Source: an uncultured Planctomycetales bacterium (GTDB lineage: Bacteria; Omnitrophota; Gorgyraeia; Zapsychrales; Aceulaceae). Taken from it: a stretch of 64,000 bases of DNA. Both the position numbers and the translations under genes were made by a program. The notes under the pieces are model-generated. The model worked only from the letters and a program-made list of their open reading frames with translations. It was not told the origin of the DNA and made no database searches. This document shows positions 42,985-52,515 of this stretch, one piece after another. The stretch spans positions 17,449 to 81,448 of the forward strand of contig CAZYOA010000003.1 in NCBI GenBank assembly GCA_964648665.1. The letters are read 5' to 3'. Within the stretch, counting starts at the first letter, position 1. Every line of letters starts with the position of its first letter.

Positions 42985-44382
42985 ATGTATCAAGAAAGCT
43001 TAAAAGACACAATTGCAGCGATATCCACGCCTCCTGGTCAGGGTGGCATTGGAATCGTGCGTGTAAGCGGCAAAGAATCTTTTAATGTTGCTGATAAAGT
43101 TTTTTCTGCAAAGAACAAAAAGAAGCCTTCAAGCTTTCGTGGCTTTAGTGTTCACTATGGTAAAGTTGTCGATAAAAAAAATAACAATCAAGTTGTTGAT
43201 GAGGCTTTGATAACAGTGATGCGATCGCCTAAAAGTTATACGGCAGAAGACATTGTTGAGATTAGTTGTCATGGTGGTATTGCATCTTTAAAAAAGATTT
43301 TGAGTCTTGTTTTAGAAAATGGTGCACGATTAGCTCAGCCGGGTGAATTTACAAAAAGAGCTTTTTTAAATGGGCGCATGGATCTAACTCAGGCGGAAGC
43401 AGTTTTAGATATTATTGAAGCAAAAACAGATTCGTTTTTACGTTCAAGTGTTGGTCAACTTAAAGGAGATTTAACTCTTGAGCTTGAATCGATTCGAGAG
43501 CATTTGATGAGTGCGTATACAGAAGCTGAAGCGATTGTTAATTTTCCAGAGGACGACATTGACACTTCTGGCCGAGAGCGTTTAACTTTAGATATTGATC
43601 AAGCGTTGAATAAAGTAGGTGCATTGTTATCTTTAAGTGATCAAGGACGTATCATGAAAGAAGGAGCAAAAATTGTTATTTGTGGAAAACCAAATGTTGG
43701 AAAGTCGTCTCTTCTAAATGTTTTCTTGAAGACACCTCGAGCCATTGTTAGTGAAGTTAAGGGAACAACGCGTGATACGATAGAGGAGTTTACTCAAATG
43801 AAAGGAATTCCTTTGCAGCTTGTGGATACGGCTGGTATTTTGCGTCCACGCAATTCCATCGAAAAAGAAGCTGTTAGACGTAGTCATCTTAATATTGATC
43901 AGGCTGATTTAATTATTTTCATGATTGATAGCTCCGAGCGTATTTCTAAGGAAGATCAAAAGATTATTGATCAAGTTAAAGAGAAGAATGTGATTGTTGT
44001 TTTAAATAAAGCGGATAAGAAGTGTCGAACTGATGTTGAAAAGATTAGAAAACAATTATTTGATAGTGTTCAGATAAAAGTTTCAGCTTTGACTCGAGAG
44101 GGCATTGATGTTTTAGAAGATATGATTGTTAAAAATATTCTGCATGGCAAAGAATTTCAAGAATCTGAAATTGTGATTAGTAATGTTCGCCAAATCGAAT
44201 CTCTTAAGAAATGTGCGCAAGCTCTTAAGAGTGTTCGACAGCATTTCTTGAATAAATTGTCTTTAGAGTTTGTATCCGAGGATATTAAACTTGCGATAGA
44301 TTTCTTGGATCGCATTACTGGAAAGAATATTTCTGAGGATCTTTTAGATAAGATCTTTTCTTCTTTTTGTATTGGAAAATAA
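42985..44382 (+). CDS. mnmE: tRNA modification GTPase MnmE
   Basis: 'TIAAISTPPGQGGIGIVRVSG', G domain 'GKPNVGKSSLLN'/'DTAG'/'NKAD', and the C-terminal 'CIGK'. Confidence 0.93.
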   Translation: MYQESLKDTIAAISTPPGQGGIGIVRVSGKESFNVADKVFSAKNKKKPSSFRGFSVHYGKVVDKKNNNQVVDEALITVMRSPKSYTAEDIVEISCHGGIASLKKILSLVLENGARLAQPGEFTKRAFLNGRMDLTQAEAVLDIIEAKTDSFLRSSVGQLKGDLTLELESIREHLMSAYTEAEAIVNFPEDDIDTSGRERLTLDIDQALNKVGALLSLSDQGRIMKEGAKIVICGKPNVGKSSLLNVFLKTPRAIVSEVKGTTRDTIEEFTQMKGIPLQLVDTAGILRPRNSIEKEAVRRSHLNIDQADLIIFMIDSSERISKEDQKIIDQVKEKNVIVVLNKADKKCRTDVEKIRKQLFDSVQIKVSALTREGIDVLEDMIVKNILHGKEFQESEIVISNVRQIESLKKCAQALKSVRQHFLNKLSLEFVSEDIKLAIDFLDRITGKNISEDLLDKIFSSFCIGK

Positions 44383-44395
44383 AGTTAAAGAAGTG

Positions 44396-45139
44396 TTAAG
44401 GATTAATCCCGCCATTTTGAAGGACATTGGAATAGAGACCCATAATGTCTTTCATAAAATCTTCATCTTGCATAAGACTTTTAATTTTAGGATCATTGAG
44501 AAGGGCGTTAATATCGCGAGATTCTATTTTTTCTTTTAAATCTTCGTCATTGATGATGCTCTGGAGAGATTCATTTTTATAAACGTCTTGAAATTCTTTC
44601 GATGAACTAAAAATTTTGATTTGCTCTTCATTGATTGGGATATTGGTAAGACTTAAAGATGGAGAATCACTTGAAGATGTTAGATTAAAGAATTGACCAA
44701 ATAATGGAATATGATGTTCGAGTTGAGCGTAGGTGTATGATTCTCCGGCTAAAGACTTTATTTTCATAAAGGATGAATTTTGTGTTGGGATGACAAGGAC
44801 GGCAAAGAAAAACAAAGTGATTAATGAGAATGACCAGCTTAGGGCGAGTAGCCCGCCTAGAAGCCTACTTAAGAACATTGGTTTTTTTGATTTAGAAACT
44901 TTTTTATTCCAGACTTTAAGAATAAGAGAAAAGATTATAGATAGGGCAATGGTAGCACCAATTAAAAGAAAAGCACTTTGCGCTAAGTTTTCAGTTAGTG
45001 TAAAATAATAGAAGGCTACGGCTGCACCCGCTATCATGCCAAGAATGTTAACAATAAAGCGCATGATGCCTTTGTGCCAGCCAACGGCAAAAAAGATGAA
45101 GATAAAAAGAATTGTAACGATATCGATAGAGTTAATCAT
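44396..45139 (-). CDS. CvpA-family membrane protein with C-terminal soluble extension
   Basis: The N-terminus 'IDIVTILFIFIFFAVGWHKGIMRFIVNILGMIAGAAVAFYY' matches the CvpA pattern. It has 4 TM helices and an ~85-aa acidic tail. Confidence 0.55.
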   Translation of the reverse strand: MINSIDIVTILFIFIFFAVGWHKGIMRFIVNILGMIAGAAVAFYYFTLTENLAQSAFLLIGATIALSIIFSLILKVWNKKVSKSKKPMFLSRLLGGLLALSWSFSLITLFFFAVLVIPTQNSSFMKIKSLAGESYTYAQLEHHIPLFGQFFNLTSSSDSPSLSLTNIPINEEQIKIFSSSKEFQDVYKNESLQSIINDEDLKEKIESRDINALLNDPKIKSLMQDEDFMKDIMGLYSNVLQNGGINP

Positions 45140-45253
45140 AGGTTTCCTTTAATTATTATTTTACTATATCTTAATTTAAAGATCAAATCAAGAATCATGA
45201 CTTTATGTTTGCAGAGAAGAATCGACATTGTCATTAATCCTAGCACATTTTGC

Positions 45254-45267
45254 GTGTGGGATAAATT
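45254..45267 (+). repeat. Direct repeat gtgtgggataaatt, copy 1
   Basis: Identical 14-mer at 45307-45320 (53-nt period) in the divergent intergenic region. Confidence 0.7.
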
Positions 45268-45309
45268 TGAAGAGTCAACAACGTTATTAGTTCCAACACG
45301 CTTCGTGTG

Positions 45310-45381
45310 TGGGATAAATTCGCGCAGATAATTTACGTTTTTTATAATCGCGTAAACTATGCGCTCATTTAAGGAGAGAGC
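45310..45381 (+). promoter_or_regulatory. Conserved leader element, copy 2 (shared with 11476-11554)
   Basis: It reads tgggataaattcgcg ... cgcgtaaactatgcgctcatttaaggag before ATG 45382. See copy 1. Confidence 0.4.
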
Positions 45382-45756
45382 ATGCAAGCTGAAAAACCTA
45401 CAATTATTGATGGAAGTATTTTAACAAGTAAACGCAAAGTTATTCTTATTGGATTTATTGTACTTTTATTGCTGACTGGATTTTTTGTGCGAGGGAAAAT
45501 ATATGTTGTGTATTTGTCGATTAAGGCATCTGCGGCGACTAACGGTGGAAACTTAAAACAAGCTGAAAAACTATATAAGAAAATTATTTCATTAGAGCCA
45601 AATGTGGCGGAGCATCATTGGGAATTGGGAACAGTGTATATTAGCATGAATAATGAAATTGAACTTTCAAGGCAAATTGTAAAATTAAAAAAGATGGGTC
45701 GTAGCGATTTAGTCACAACCCTAAGAAAGATATCTCGGGCCCCAGTAAGTTTTTAA
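45382..45756 (+). CDS. Membrane-anchored small TPR-like protein
   Basis: SD 'aaggagag'; one TM helix (VILIGFIVLLLLTGFFV), then a TPR-like 'LKQAEKLYKKIISLEPNVAEHHWELGTVY'. Confidence 0.5.
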   Translation: MQAEKPTIIDGSILTSKRKVILIGFIVLLLLTGFFVRGKIYVVYLSIKASAATNGGNLKQAEKLYKKIISLEPNVAEHHWELGTVYISMNNEIELSRQIVKLKKMGRSDLVTTLRKISRAPVSF

Positions 45757-45759
45757 GTT

Positions 45760-45999
45760 TTATTTAACGGGTGTTGCAATTAAGAAGGCCATGAAGCCCA
45801 TGAAGCTAAAGCAGATGGCTGCAAATAAAATGCCAACTCCTATAAGAATTTTACTAATAAGTGCTTTTTGTTTTTTCTTCTTTGCATGAAGATCGATTTC
45901 TTTTTCGCGTTGCGCTTGATAATCTTTGTAATCAACTTGTTCTAGGTTCTCAGGTAGGTTTTTTTTCTTGGGTTCTTGATTTTGAATTTCTTCAGACAT
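45760..45999 (-). CDS. Small C-terminally anchored membrane protein
   Basis: 79 aa with a charged N-terminus and one C-terminal TM helix (ILIGVGILFAAICFSFMGFMAFLI). Confidence 0.45.
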   Translation of the reverse strand: MSEEIQNQEPKKKNLPENLEQVDYKDYQAQREKEIDLHAKKKKQKALISKILIGVGILFAAICFSFMGFMAFLIATPVK

Positions 46000-46195
46000 G
46001 GTATCTCTTTGCGTTTAAATGAGTTGCTTAAAATTTATAATTTAATTATAACATAAGTAAAAATGACAATCAATATTTTTGTAGGCTAAATTATTTTATT
46101 TCAATGGCTTGATTATCTGATATAGATATGTTATATTTAACTTAGCCACGAAGCCACGATAGAAAATTTAATCATTTTTACACTGGACGGTAAGT

Positions 46196-46510
46196 ATGAA
46201 CAAGAGAATTGATTCTCGTTTTGATTGTTGTGTTCCTTTAATGGACGAAAAAAAGGAAGCTTTGCTCAGCAGTCAGACTATTGACATTAGCAAGTCCGGC
46301 GTCGGTTTTGTTTCAGCTCGCTTTATTCCGATGAACACAAAGATGACAGTTGAACTTTCTCTTCAGAGAGATAGTATGCCATTTCTGGTTCAAGGAAAGG
46401 TTAAGTGGGTTGAAAAAATGCCAAATTCATCAAATTTTAGAATTGGCATGTCTTTCCCTGATATTCCGCAAGAAGCACAAGCACAGATAGAAGATTCTTT
46501 AAAAGTTTAA
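46196..46510 (+). CDS. Single-domain PilZ protein (c-di-GMP receptor-like)
   Basis: 'RIDSR' (RxxxR) and 'DISKSGVGF' (DxSxxG) at the correct spacing. Confidence 0.7.
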   Translation: MNKRIDSRFDCCVPLMDEKKEALLSSQTIDISKSGVGFVSARFIPMNTKMTVELSLQRDSMPFLVQGKVKWVEKMPNSSNFRIGMSFPDIPQEAQAQIEDSLKV

Positions 46511-46578
46511 GTAAGATTTAGATTTATTTTTAAAGAAGCACACCATAGAAGAACAAGCCACGGAGAAAGAGAGCTGTT

Positions 46579-46908
46579 TTGAGCAAGAACTTTAAGGATC
46601 AGCGTTTATTTGAACGCCTTTCGGTCCGTTTTCCGGTTAGGCTTGTTAACGAAAATTTTGGTAATTGCGAAAATACGGTTGTCCGGGACATTTCTGGACA
46701 GGGTGTAAGAATCCACACTTCTAAGAGACTTTCTGTTTTTGATAAACTTTCTTTATCTTTTGATATGCCTAGATCTTCTTCATCTATAGATGTTGATGGT
46801 CATGTTGTGTGGTCTTCTAGCGAATCTAACGATTCTTGTCATGCTGGAGTGAGATTTAATTGTCCAAATCTCATGGAAACAGCTGCTATCTTAAAAGCCT
46901 TTCAATAA
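46579..46908 (+). CDS. Single-domain PilZ protein (second copy)
   Basis: TTG start; 'RLFER' (RxxxR) and 'DISGQGVRI' (DxSxxG). Confidence 0.65.
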   Translation: MSKNFKDQRLFERLSVRFPVRLVNENFGNCENTVVRDISGQGVRIHTSKRLSVFDKLSLSFDMPRSSSSIDVDGHVVWSSSESNDSCHAGVRFNCPNLMETAAILKAFQ

Positions 46909-47032
46909 TTCTCTGTTTAAAGAGATACGTCAAATAGAACTTGACCCGTATCTGCCTTCCATGTTAAAATTCTTTTTCTTAATTACTATAAATTTAATAT
47001 TTATCTAAATATATAAGACAAAAGGACTCCCT

Positions 47033-49453
47033 ATGACGTATGGACATTTTTCCAAAGACAATCTCGAGTATATTATTACAAAACCAGAAACGCCATATCC
47101 ATGGATTAATTATTTGACTAACGAAACATATTGCTCGATTATTTCGCAATGTGCTGGAGGATATAGTTTTTACCGAGATTGCCGAACGAATCGTATTACG
47201 CGTTGGCATCCAGAAGATTATCATTCAGATCGTCCAGGAAAATATATTTTTGTTAAAGATGATAATAAAGCTTATTCTTTGACGTATCAACCTTTGCGTG
47301 TAAAACCAACGTCGTATGCATGCCATCATGGATTAGGATATACGTCGATTAATGCTGTTAATAAGGGACTAAAGTCGAATGTAACATATTTTGTTCCTGA
47401 AAAAGAAAATTGTGAAGTTTGGATTGCTTCTTTAACAAATGAAACAAAGAAGATGAAGAATTTAGAAATTTTTCCTTATGTGGAATTTTTAATTGGTGAT
47501 TATCATGAAGAATTGCGTTATCGAAATATTATGAATTTGTATAATCGCATTTGGTTCGATAAAAAACAAAAAGCTATTTTTGCTAAAAAGACAGCAAAAT
47601 GGCAAGGAATGAATATCCAGCCTTTTTCAAGTCAAATCTTTTTCTCTTCGTCTTTGAAAGTCGATGGTGCATGTACACAAAAAGAAGCATTTTTAGGTCG
47701 ATATAATAATGAAGAAAAACCTGACGCTATTTTTAAGAAAAATGGATTTAAGAATTTTGAACTTTGCTCGGGTGAAGATGGCATTGGATCTTTTAAGCAT
47801 ACCTGTATGTTAAAACCAGGCGAGACAAAAGAATTTACAGTTGTTTTAGGACAAGCAGAAAAACCAGCCGAGTCTAAGCGTATTTTAAAGAATTATAGCA
47901 AGGTTTCTTATGCCAAGGCTGAGTTGGCAAAAACAAAAAAGATTTGGCAGGATAGAATTGTTGGAAATATAGAAATTAAAACACCTGATAAGGATCTTGA
48001 TGCAATGGTTAATGTTTGGGTTAAATATCAGACTTATATTTGTAATCTCTGGTCAAGATCTCCAAGCTTTTTTCATGAAGGTTCTGGAGGACGTGGTTAT
48101 CGTGATTCATGTCAGGATTCTGAGGCAATTGTTTCAATTAATCCAGAGCTAACTAAAGAAAAGATTTTTAAGATTGCTTCTTTGATTCGTCGAGATGGAA
48201 CGTCAGCTCCAGGTTGGTCGGATACCGTAGGACCACACAAGTTTCTGCCGAACAAAGATCACCAGATTTGGTTGACCACAACAGTTTGTGCTTATGTCAA
48301 GGAAACCGGAGACAAATCTATTCTTTCAGCTAAAATTCCATATCTTAAAGATCGATGGATCAAAGGATGGAAGATTGATTCGAGTTGGAAGGGTGGAGCT
48401 AAAGAAGATGGCACAGGGACACTCTTAGAGCACATTGAAGCAAATTTAATTTTTTGTTATAGCGATGTTGGTCAAAAAGGATTTCCAAAGATTGGGCATG
48501 CAGATTGGAACGATGCGATTGATGCGGCAGGTATTAAACATAAAGGTGAAAGCGTATGGTTGGCGCAAGCTTTGGTACGTTCACTTCGTGTTTTAGCTGA
48601 ACTTTGTGATTTTGTTGGTGATAATAAAAAGAAGAATAAATATTTGAAAATGGCTGATGTCATGAGTGAGCGCGTTAATAAAAAAGGGTGGGATGGTAGT
48701 TGGTATGTACGTGGCTTTGATGATAATGGTCAAGTTTACGGAACAAAGAAAGACAAAGAAGGGAAAATCTATCTTAACTCTCAATCCTGGGCTGTTTTGG
48801 CAGGGGTTGCTAAAGATGATCGCTTAAAGAAAGTGTTAGATTCCGTCGATAAGCATCTTAATGGCAAGCATGGATTAGCGCTTTTTTCTCCAGCATATTC
48901 GTCTTGGGTTAAACGCTTAGGGCGTATCAGCATGTTTTCTGAAGGAACAAAAGAAAATGCAGCTATCTTTTGTCACGCAGCGACATTTATGGCGGTTGCT
49001 TATGCTATGAGCGGATGCGGTGATAAAGCTTATGAAGCGATTAAGAAAATTATGCCTAACAAGCAGGACAATATGGAGCTGTATCGTACAGAGCCATATG
49101 CGTTTGCTGAATATTTAGTTGGACCTGGAAATCCTTATCGGTACGGAGAGGGTGCTTTTACATGGATCACAGGAACAGCTGGTTGGAATTTTATGGCAGC
49201 TACGGAATGGATCCTAGGAATCCGTCGAGATTTTAATGGTCTTCGTATTGATCCAAGCATTCCGAAGTCGTGGAAGAAATTTTCTGTCCGTCGTCCTTTT
49301 AGAAATAGTGTTTATGATATTGAAGTTCTAAATCCAAGGGGAAAGCAAAGTGGCGTTAAGCAGATTGTTGTTGATGGAAAAAATATTGAAGGAAATCTTC
49401 TTCCAGTTTTTGAAGATAAAAAAACGCATAAAGTTAAAGTTATCTTAGGATAA
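47033..49453 (+). CDS. GH94 cellobiose/cellodextrin/chitobiose-type phosphorylase
   Basis: 806 aa. The N-terminus 'YGHFSKDNLEYIITKPETPYPWINYLTNE...AGGYSFYRDCRTNRITRW' closely follows characterised cellobiose phosphorylases. 'GRGYRDSCQD' and 'GHADWNDA' lie in the catalytic domain. Confidence 0.88.
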   Translation: MTYGHFSKDNLEYIITKPETPYPWINYLTNETYCSIISQCAGGYSFYRDCRTNRITRWHPEDYHSDRPGKYIFVKDDNKAYSLTYQPLRVKPTSYACHHGLGYTSINAVNKGLKSNVTYFVPEKENCEVWIASLTNETKKMKNLEIFPYVEFLIGDYHEELRYRNIMNLYNRIWFDKKQKAIFAKKTAKWQGMNIQPFSSQIFFSSSLKVDGACTQKEAFLGRYNNEEKPDAIFKKNGFKNFELCSGEDGIGSFKHTCMLKPGETKEFTVVLGQAEKPAESKRILKNYSKVSYAKAELAKTKKIWQDRIVGNIEIKTPDKDLDAMVNVWVKYQTYICNLWSRSPSFFHEGSGGRGYRDSCQDSEAIVSINPELTKEKIFKIASLIRRDGTSAPGWSDTVGPHKFLPNKDHQIWLTTTVCAYVKETGDKSILSAKIPYLKDRWIKGWKIDSSWKGGAKEDGTGTLLEHIEANLIFCYSDVGQKGFPKIGHADWNDAIDAAGIKHKGESVWLAQALVRSLRVLAELCDFVGDNKKKNKYLKMADVMSERVNKKGWDGSWYVRGFDDNGQVYGTKKDKEGKIYLNSQSWAVLAGVAKDDRLKKVLDSVDKHLNGKHGLALFSPAYSSWVKRLGRISMFSEGTKENAAIFCHAATFMAVAYAMSGCGDKAYEAIKKIMPNKQDNMELYRTEPYAFAEYLVGPGNPYRYGEGAFTWITGTAGWNFMAATEWILGIRRDFNGLRIDPSIPKSWKKFSVRRPFRNSVYDIEVLNPRGKQSGVKQIVVDGKNIEGNLLPVFEDKKTHKVKVILG

Positions 49454-49472
49454 TTTTTAAAAAATAGAAAAG

Positions 49473-49506
49473 AAAAAGGGCAAGCTTTTAAGCTTGCCCT
49501 TTTTTA
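49473..49506. terminator. Bidirectional intrinsic terminator between convergent genes
   Basis: aaaaa-gggcaagctt-tt-aagcttgccc-ttttttt. Confidence 0.8.
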
Positions 49507-49522
49507 TTACGTTTTTAGAGTT

Positions 49523-52258
49523 CTAGAATTTCTTTGTGTAGAAAAGACGAAAGATGCTTTGTGTGTCAATCGTAGGTGTTGTACTTCCCATGTAAGGTGT
49601 TGAAGAGGCGTAAGCTGTATAAATTGAAGGCCCCACACCGTAGCTTACACTCAACTTACTTTCTTCATCAAATAGATATTGTGTTTCAACAAAGACATTG
49701 TGATGACTTTTTGCTTTAATGCCACTTTGGTTGAAAACAGCATCGTTAACATTTTTTAATCGGCTCCATGTATATTTTCCAAAGAGCCCAATTTTTTTTG
49801 TTGGAAAGTAAGAAACAGCACATCCGACATGATTCATGTTGTCATCAATCGGTCCTGCGTATTGATATGGATTGTATGTTGCATCAAGATAGATGTTCCA
49901 TTGATCGTTAGGATTAATCTCGAGTCCTGATCTCATAATATTTTGATACTCATATGGCGGCAAAGGAAAGTATTCTTGGCTATAAAGATATGAATAAACA
50001 TCCCTATACGTCATGCCGTATTGCTGAAAAGTTGTCATGCGCGCATCTGTCAGAATAGATCTTGGATAGTTATCTGCTCCGTGACCAAAATCATTGGTGT
50101 ATTCATAGGCTGCATTCCAAGATAAATGTTTCGAGAAGTCATATTTTAATCCAAGTGAAGCTGTGTAAGCACTTGGATCGATGCCATCTTTAATTTGGGC
50201 ATTGTTAATAAAATTACCATTTCCGTCTGTAATATAAGGGTCAAGTCCAGCTGTTGTGTCTGGCAGATGATGTGCAATTAAAAGAGTTTTTGCTTGTAGT
50301 TTTTCAGTTGCTTGATACGACCATTCTGTACGAGCGACTGTTTCAATATATTTATTTGTACTTGTTTGATGAATGTTTCGGAAATCTGTAAGACCAACTA
50401 GTTTTCCTTCCCATAAAGACGTGTCTGTTCTCCAATTAAAAACATAGCGTCCATAATCAATACCGTTTCCAAGTCTAAATGGTTGAATATCATTATAGGT
50501 GATGGAATCAAAGCTAATAGTTGGACGAAATGTGATATGACGACTCCAAAATTGATCATCTCTTGTTTCATGATAATTAGCTAGACTTGAATCGAACCCT
50601 TTGTCCATGCGAGTCATGCGTAATTGAGTCTTAAAGAAATGCTTTTCGCCTTCTTCGGGTTGAATAGCAAAATAATTTGCATCTGGAGATTCGATTCCAT
50701 TGATACATCCAACTAGGGAAAGATCGTAGGCGTTACCTCTGTCGTGTGTATCATAAATCGGAGTGCTTAAATCTTGCTCGGTAAGGGAAGCTGCGTATTC
50801 TGCTTTAACTTGAAATCCAGGATTAACAAGCCAGCCGATGTCATAACCGCTAACAATATTGTAAGCATCAAGGCTTCTGCCAACAAGACCAAAATGAACG
50901 TTTTCAATGTTTCCGATATAAAAATCATCTGTAATGTTTTTTTGGATTCTAAAGCTTCCTGGAATGGCATCAAATTTATCGTAGTCTTGCCATAAATGTT
51001 TTGGAGAAGCAACCACAAGGTCCATAGTTGTGTCATCGCCCATTGTACTTAAAGAAAATCCACGTAAGGCTGTTAGGCGTCTGCCATCACTATCACGCGT
51101 TTGAAATGCTAAGTCATCATTCCAGCTACCTTTCATGAAATCTTGCGGAGTTGCCCCAGTGTTGATGTGCCCTTGATCCCAATTGGCAAGCCAAGGACTT
51201 TCTTCCCACCAAATATGATTGTTTGAAAGAGCGAGGGGATCATTTGAGCTTAAAGCCTTGTCTCCATATGCGTATGGGAAAACCTGTATGGCTATTTCAT
51301 CAGTTGGTTTATAGTCCATCCAGAATTCTCGAATTGGCCAAAATGAGTTTGAGATTTTCATCTTAGGATAAGAGAATAAGTTTCCAAATTTTGATTGGAA
51401 AGCTCCAGCTGGAACATAAGAATTAGCAACTTTTAATTCTGGAATGGCAATCATGACTCCATTTTCAAGAGTAAATATATTGTTGCCAACAGTGTATCCG
51501 TTGTTTCCCCAATAATAAAATTGAATTTCCGCGGAATCAATTAATCCGAGTCCTCGGACTGTCTTCTTCTCTGTTTTGCCTGTAAAACTCCATGGGTCAA
51601 TAGTGATATTGGTGTGAAAAGAAAAATCGCTGTTTTTAAGTTGAGCATCAATATCAAATTCAAGGCGACTATAAATACCAGGATCATAAGTGTTCATGCG
51701 ATTATTAAGTTGATTCCAGGAAATGCTACGCCAATTCTTTTCATTAAGATCAAAGTTGGCTCGTTTCCACAAAAAGTCATTGTTAGTTGCATCATAACCA
51801 AGACCGATACGAACTTCACCATGAACTTCTGCCGAACCCTTTGACGATTCCTCAATGACTCCTTTTTCGTTGTAGATATCAATATCTATTTCTGACAAGC
51901 CGATAAGCGCTGATTCATCAGGTGAAATTTCTTCATTCATCAATGGTTTAGGATCGGAGATTGTTTTTGGTGTTTGGTTTTCTTTAGCTGGGGCTTTTTG
52001 GGTGGATTTTTTTGGCGCATCATTGCCTAATTCATTTAAATACTGCTCTTCAAAGGCGTCAAGCTCTCTAGAAACAAGAGCATCGTGATCAGATTTACGA
52101 TAATATCGCTTTTGATTCTTGATGGTGTTATCAGAAATTTTTGCGAGCTTAATTGGATCGTCTAAAGTTTCTGCTGAGCACGGGGTTAAAATAAAGAAAA
52201 TCCAGAGTACTGTTGCGCAGAAAGGCAACAGCCTTTTGTTTTTATGATGCAGTTTCAA
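49523..52258 (-). CDS. Large outer-membrane beta-barrel protein, family unknown
   Basis: I prefer the TTG start at 52258, with 'aaggag' 6 nt upstream. This gives the signal peptide MKLHHKNKRLLPFCATVLWIFFILTPCSA. The body is rich in aromatic/Gly/Asn alternating strands and ends in '...FRLFYTKKF' (terminal Phe). The track ORF extends to 52318. Confidence 0.6.
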   Translation of the reverse strand: MKLHHKNKRLLPFCATVLWIFFILTPCSAETLDDPIKLAKISDNTIKNQKRYYRKSDHDALVSRELDAFEEQYLNELGNDAPKKSTQKAPAKENQTPKTISDPKPLMNEEISPDESALIGLSEIDIDIYNEKGVIEESSKGSAEVHGEVRIGLGYDATNNDFLWKRANFDLNEKNWRSISWNQLNNRMNTYDPGIYSRLEFDIDAQLKNSDFSFHTNITIDPWSFTGKTEKKTVRGLGLIDSAEIQFYYWGNNGYTVGNNIFTLENGVMIAIPELKVANSYVPAGAFQSKFGNLFSYPKMKISNSFWPIREFWMDYKPTDEIAIQVFPYAYGDKALSSNDPLALSNNHIWWEESPWLANWDQGHINTGATPQDFMKGSWNDDLAFQTRDSDGRRLTALRGFSLSTMGDDTTMDLVVASPKHLWQDYDKFDAIPGSFRIQKNITDDFYIGNIENVHFGLVGRSLDAYNIVSGYDIGWLVNPGFQVKAEYAASLTEQDLSTPIYDTHDRGNAYDLSLVGCINGIESPDANYFAIQPEEGEKHFFKTQLRMTRMDKGFDSSLANYHETRDDQFWSRHITFRPTISFDSITYNDIQPFRLGNGIDYGRYVFNWRTDTSLWEGKLVGLTDFRNIHQTSTNKYIETVARTEWSYQATEKLQAKTLLIAHHLPDTTAGLDPYITDGNGNFINNAQIKDGIDPSAYTASLGLKYDFSKHLSWNAAYEYTNDFGHGADNYPRSILTDARMTTFQQYGMTYRDVYSYLYSQEYFPLPPYEYQNIMRSGLEINPNDQWNIYLDATYNPYQYAGPIDDNMNHVGCAVSYFPTKKIGLFGKYTWSRLKNVNDAVFNQSGIKAKSHHNVFVETQYLFDEESKLSVSYGVGPSIYTAYASSTPYMGSTTPTIDTQSIFRLFYTKKF

Positions 52259-52421
52259 AATGGTCTCCTTGAAAATGGATAATTGTAAACTTATATATAT
52301 ACTATAAAAATGTATCATTTAAGTATAGCATATAAATTTTATAAAAATCAAGGTAGGGATAAAAAGTTTTTTAGGTAAATTTCCTGGCTTTTCAGAAGGT
52401 TTTTTCCTAAAGACTCTCATT

Positions 52422-52450
52422 TTGACAAAGTAAAATCGCTATGCTATACT
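52422..52450 (+). promoter_or_regulatory. Sigma-70-type promoter of the ABC-importer/hydrolase operon
   Basis: TTGACA (52422-52427), a 17-nt spacer, then TATACT (52445-52450). Confidence 0.55.
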
Positions 52451-52515
52451 GCCATTTCAATTAACGTATTCTATGATATTTGATTATTTTATACGTCATA
52501 AAGGTTAGAATCTTA

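Noticed and set aside
45254-45320. DnaA boxes or an origin near mnmE, because tgtgggataa resembles TGTGGATAA.
   Set aside because: Both copies carry an extra G relative to the 9-mer consensus. There are only two copies in direct orientation, and no dnaA/dnaN or AT-rich unwinding element is adjacent. A shared regulatory or leader motif explains them better.
45074-45387. Track ORFs 45074-45331 (+) and 45136-45387 (-) in the divergent intergenic region.
   Set aside because: They overlap each other and the cvpA-like start. Neither has an SD and both have implausible sequences. The region is better read as promoter and leader DNA.
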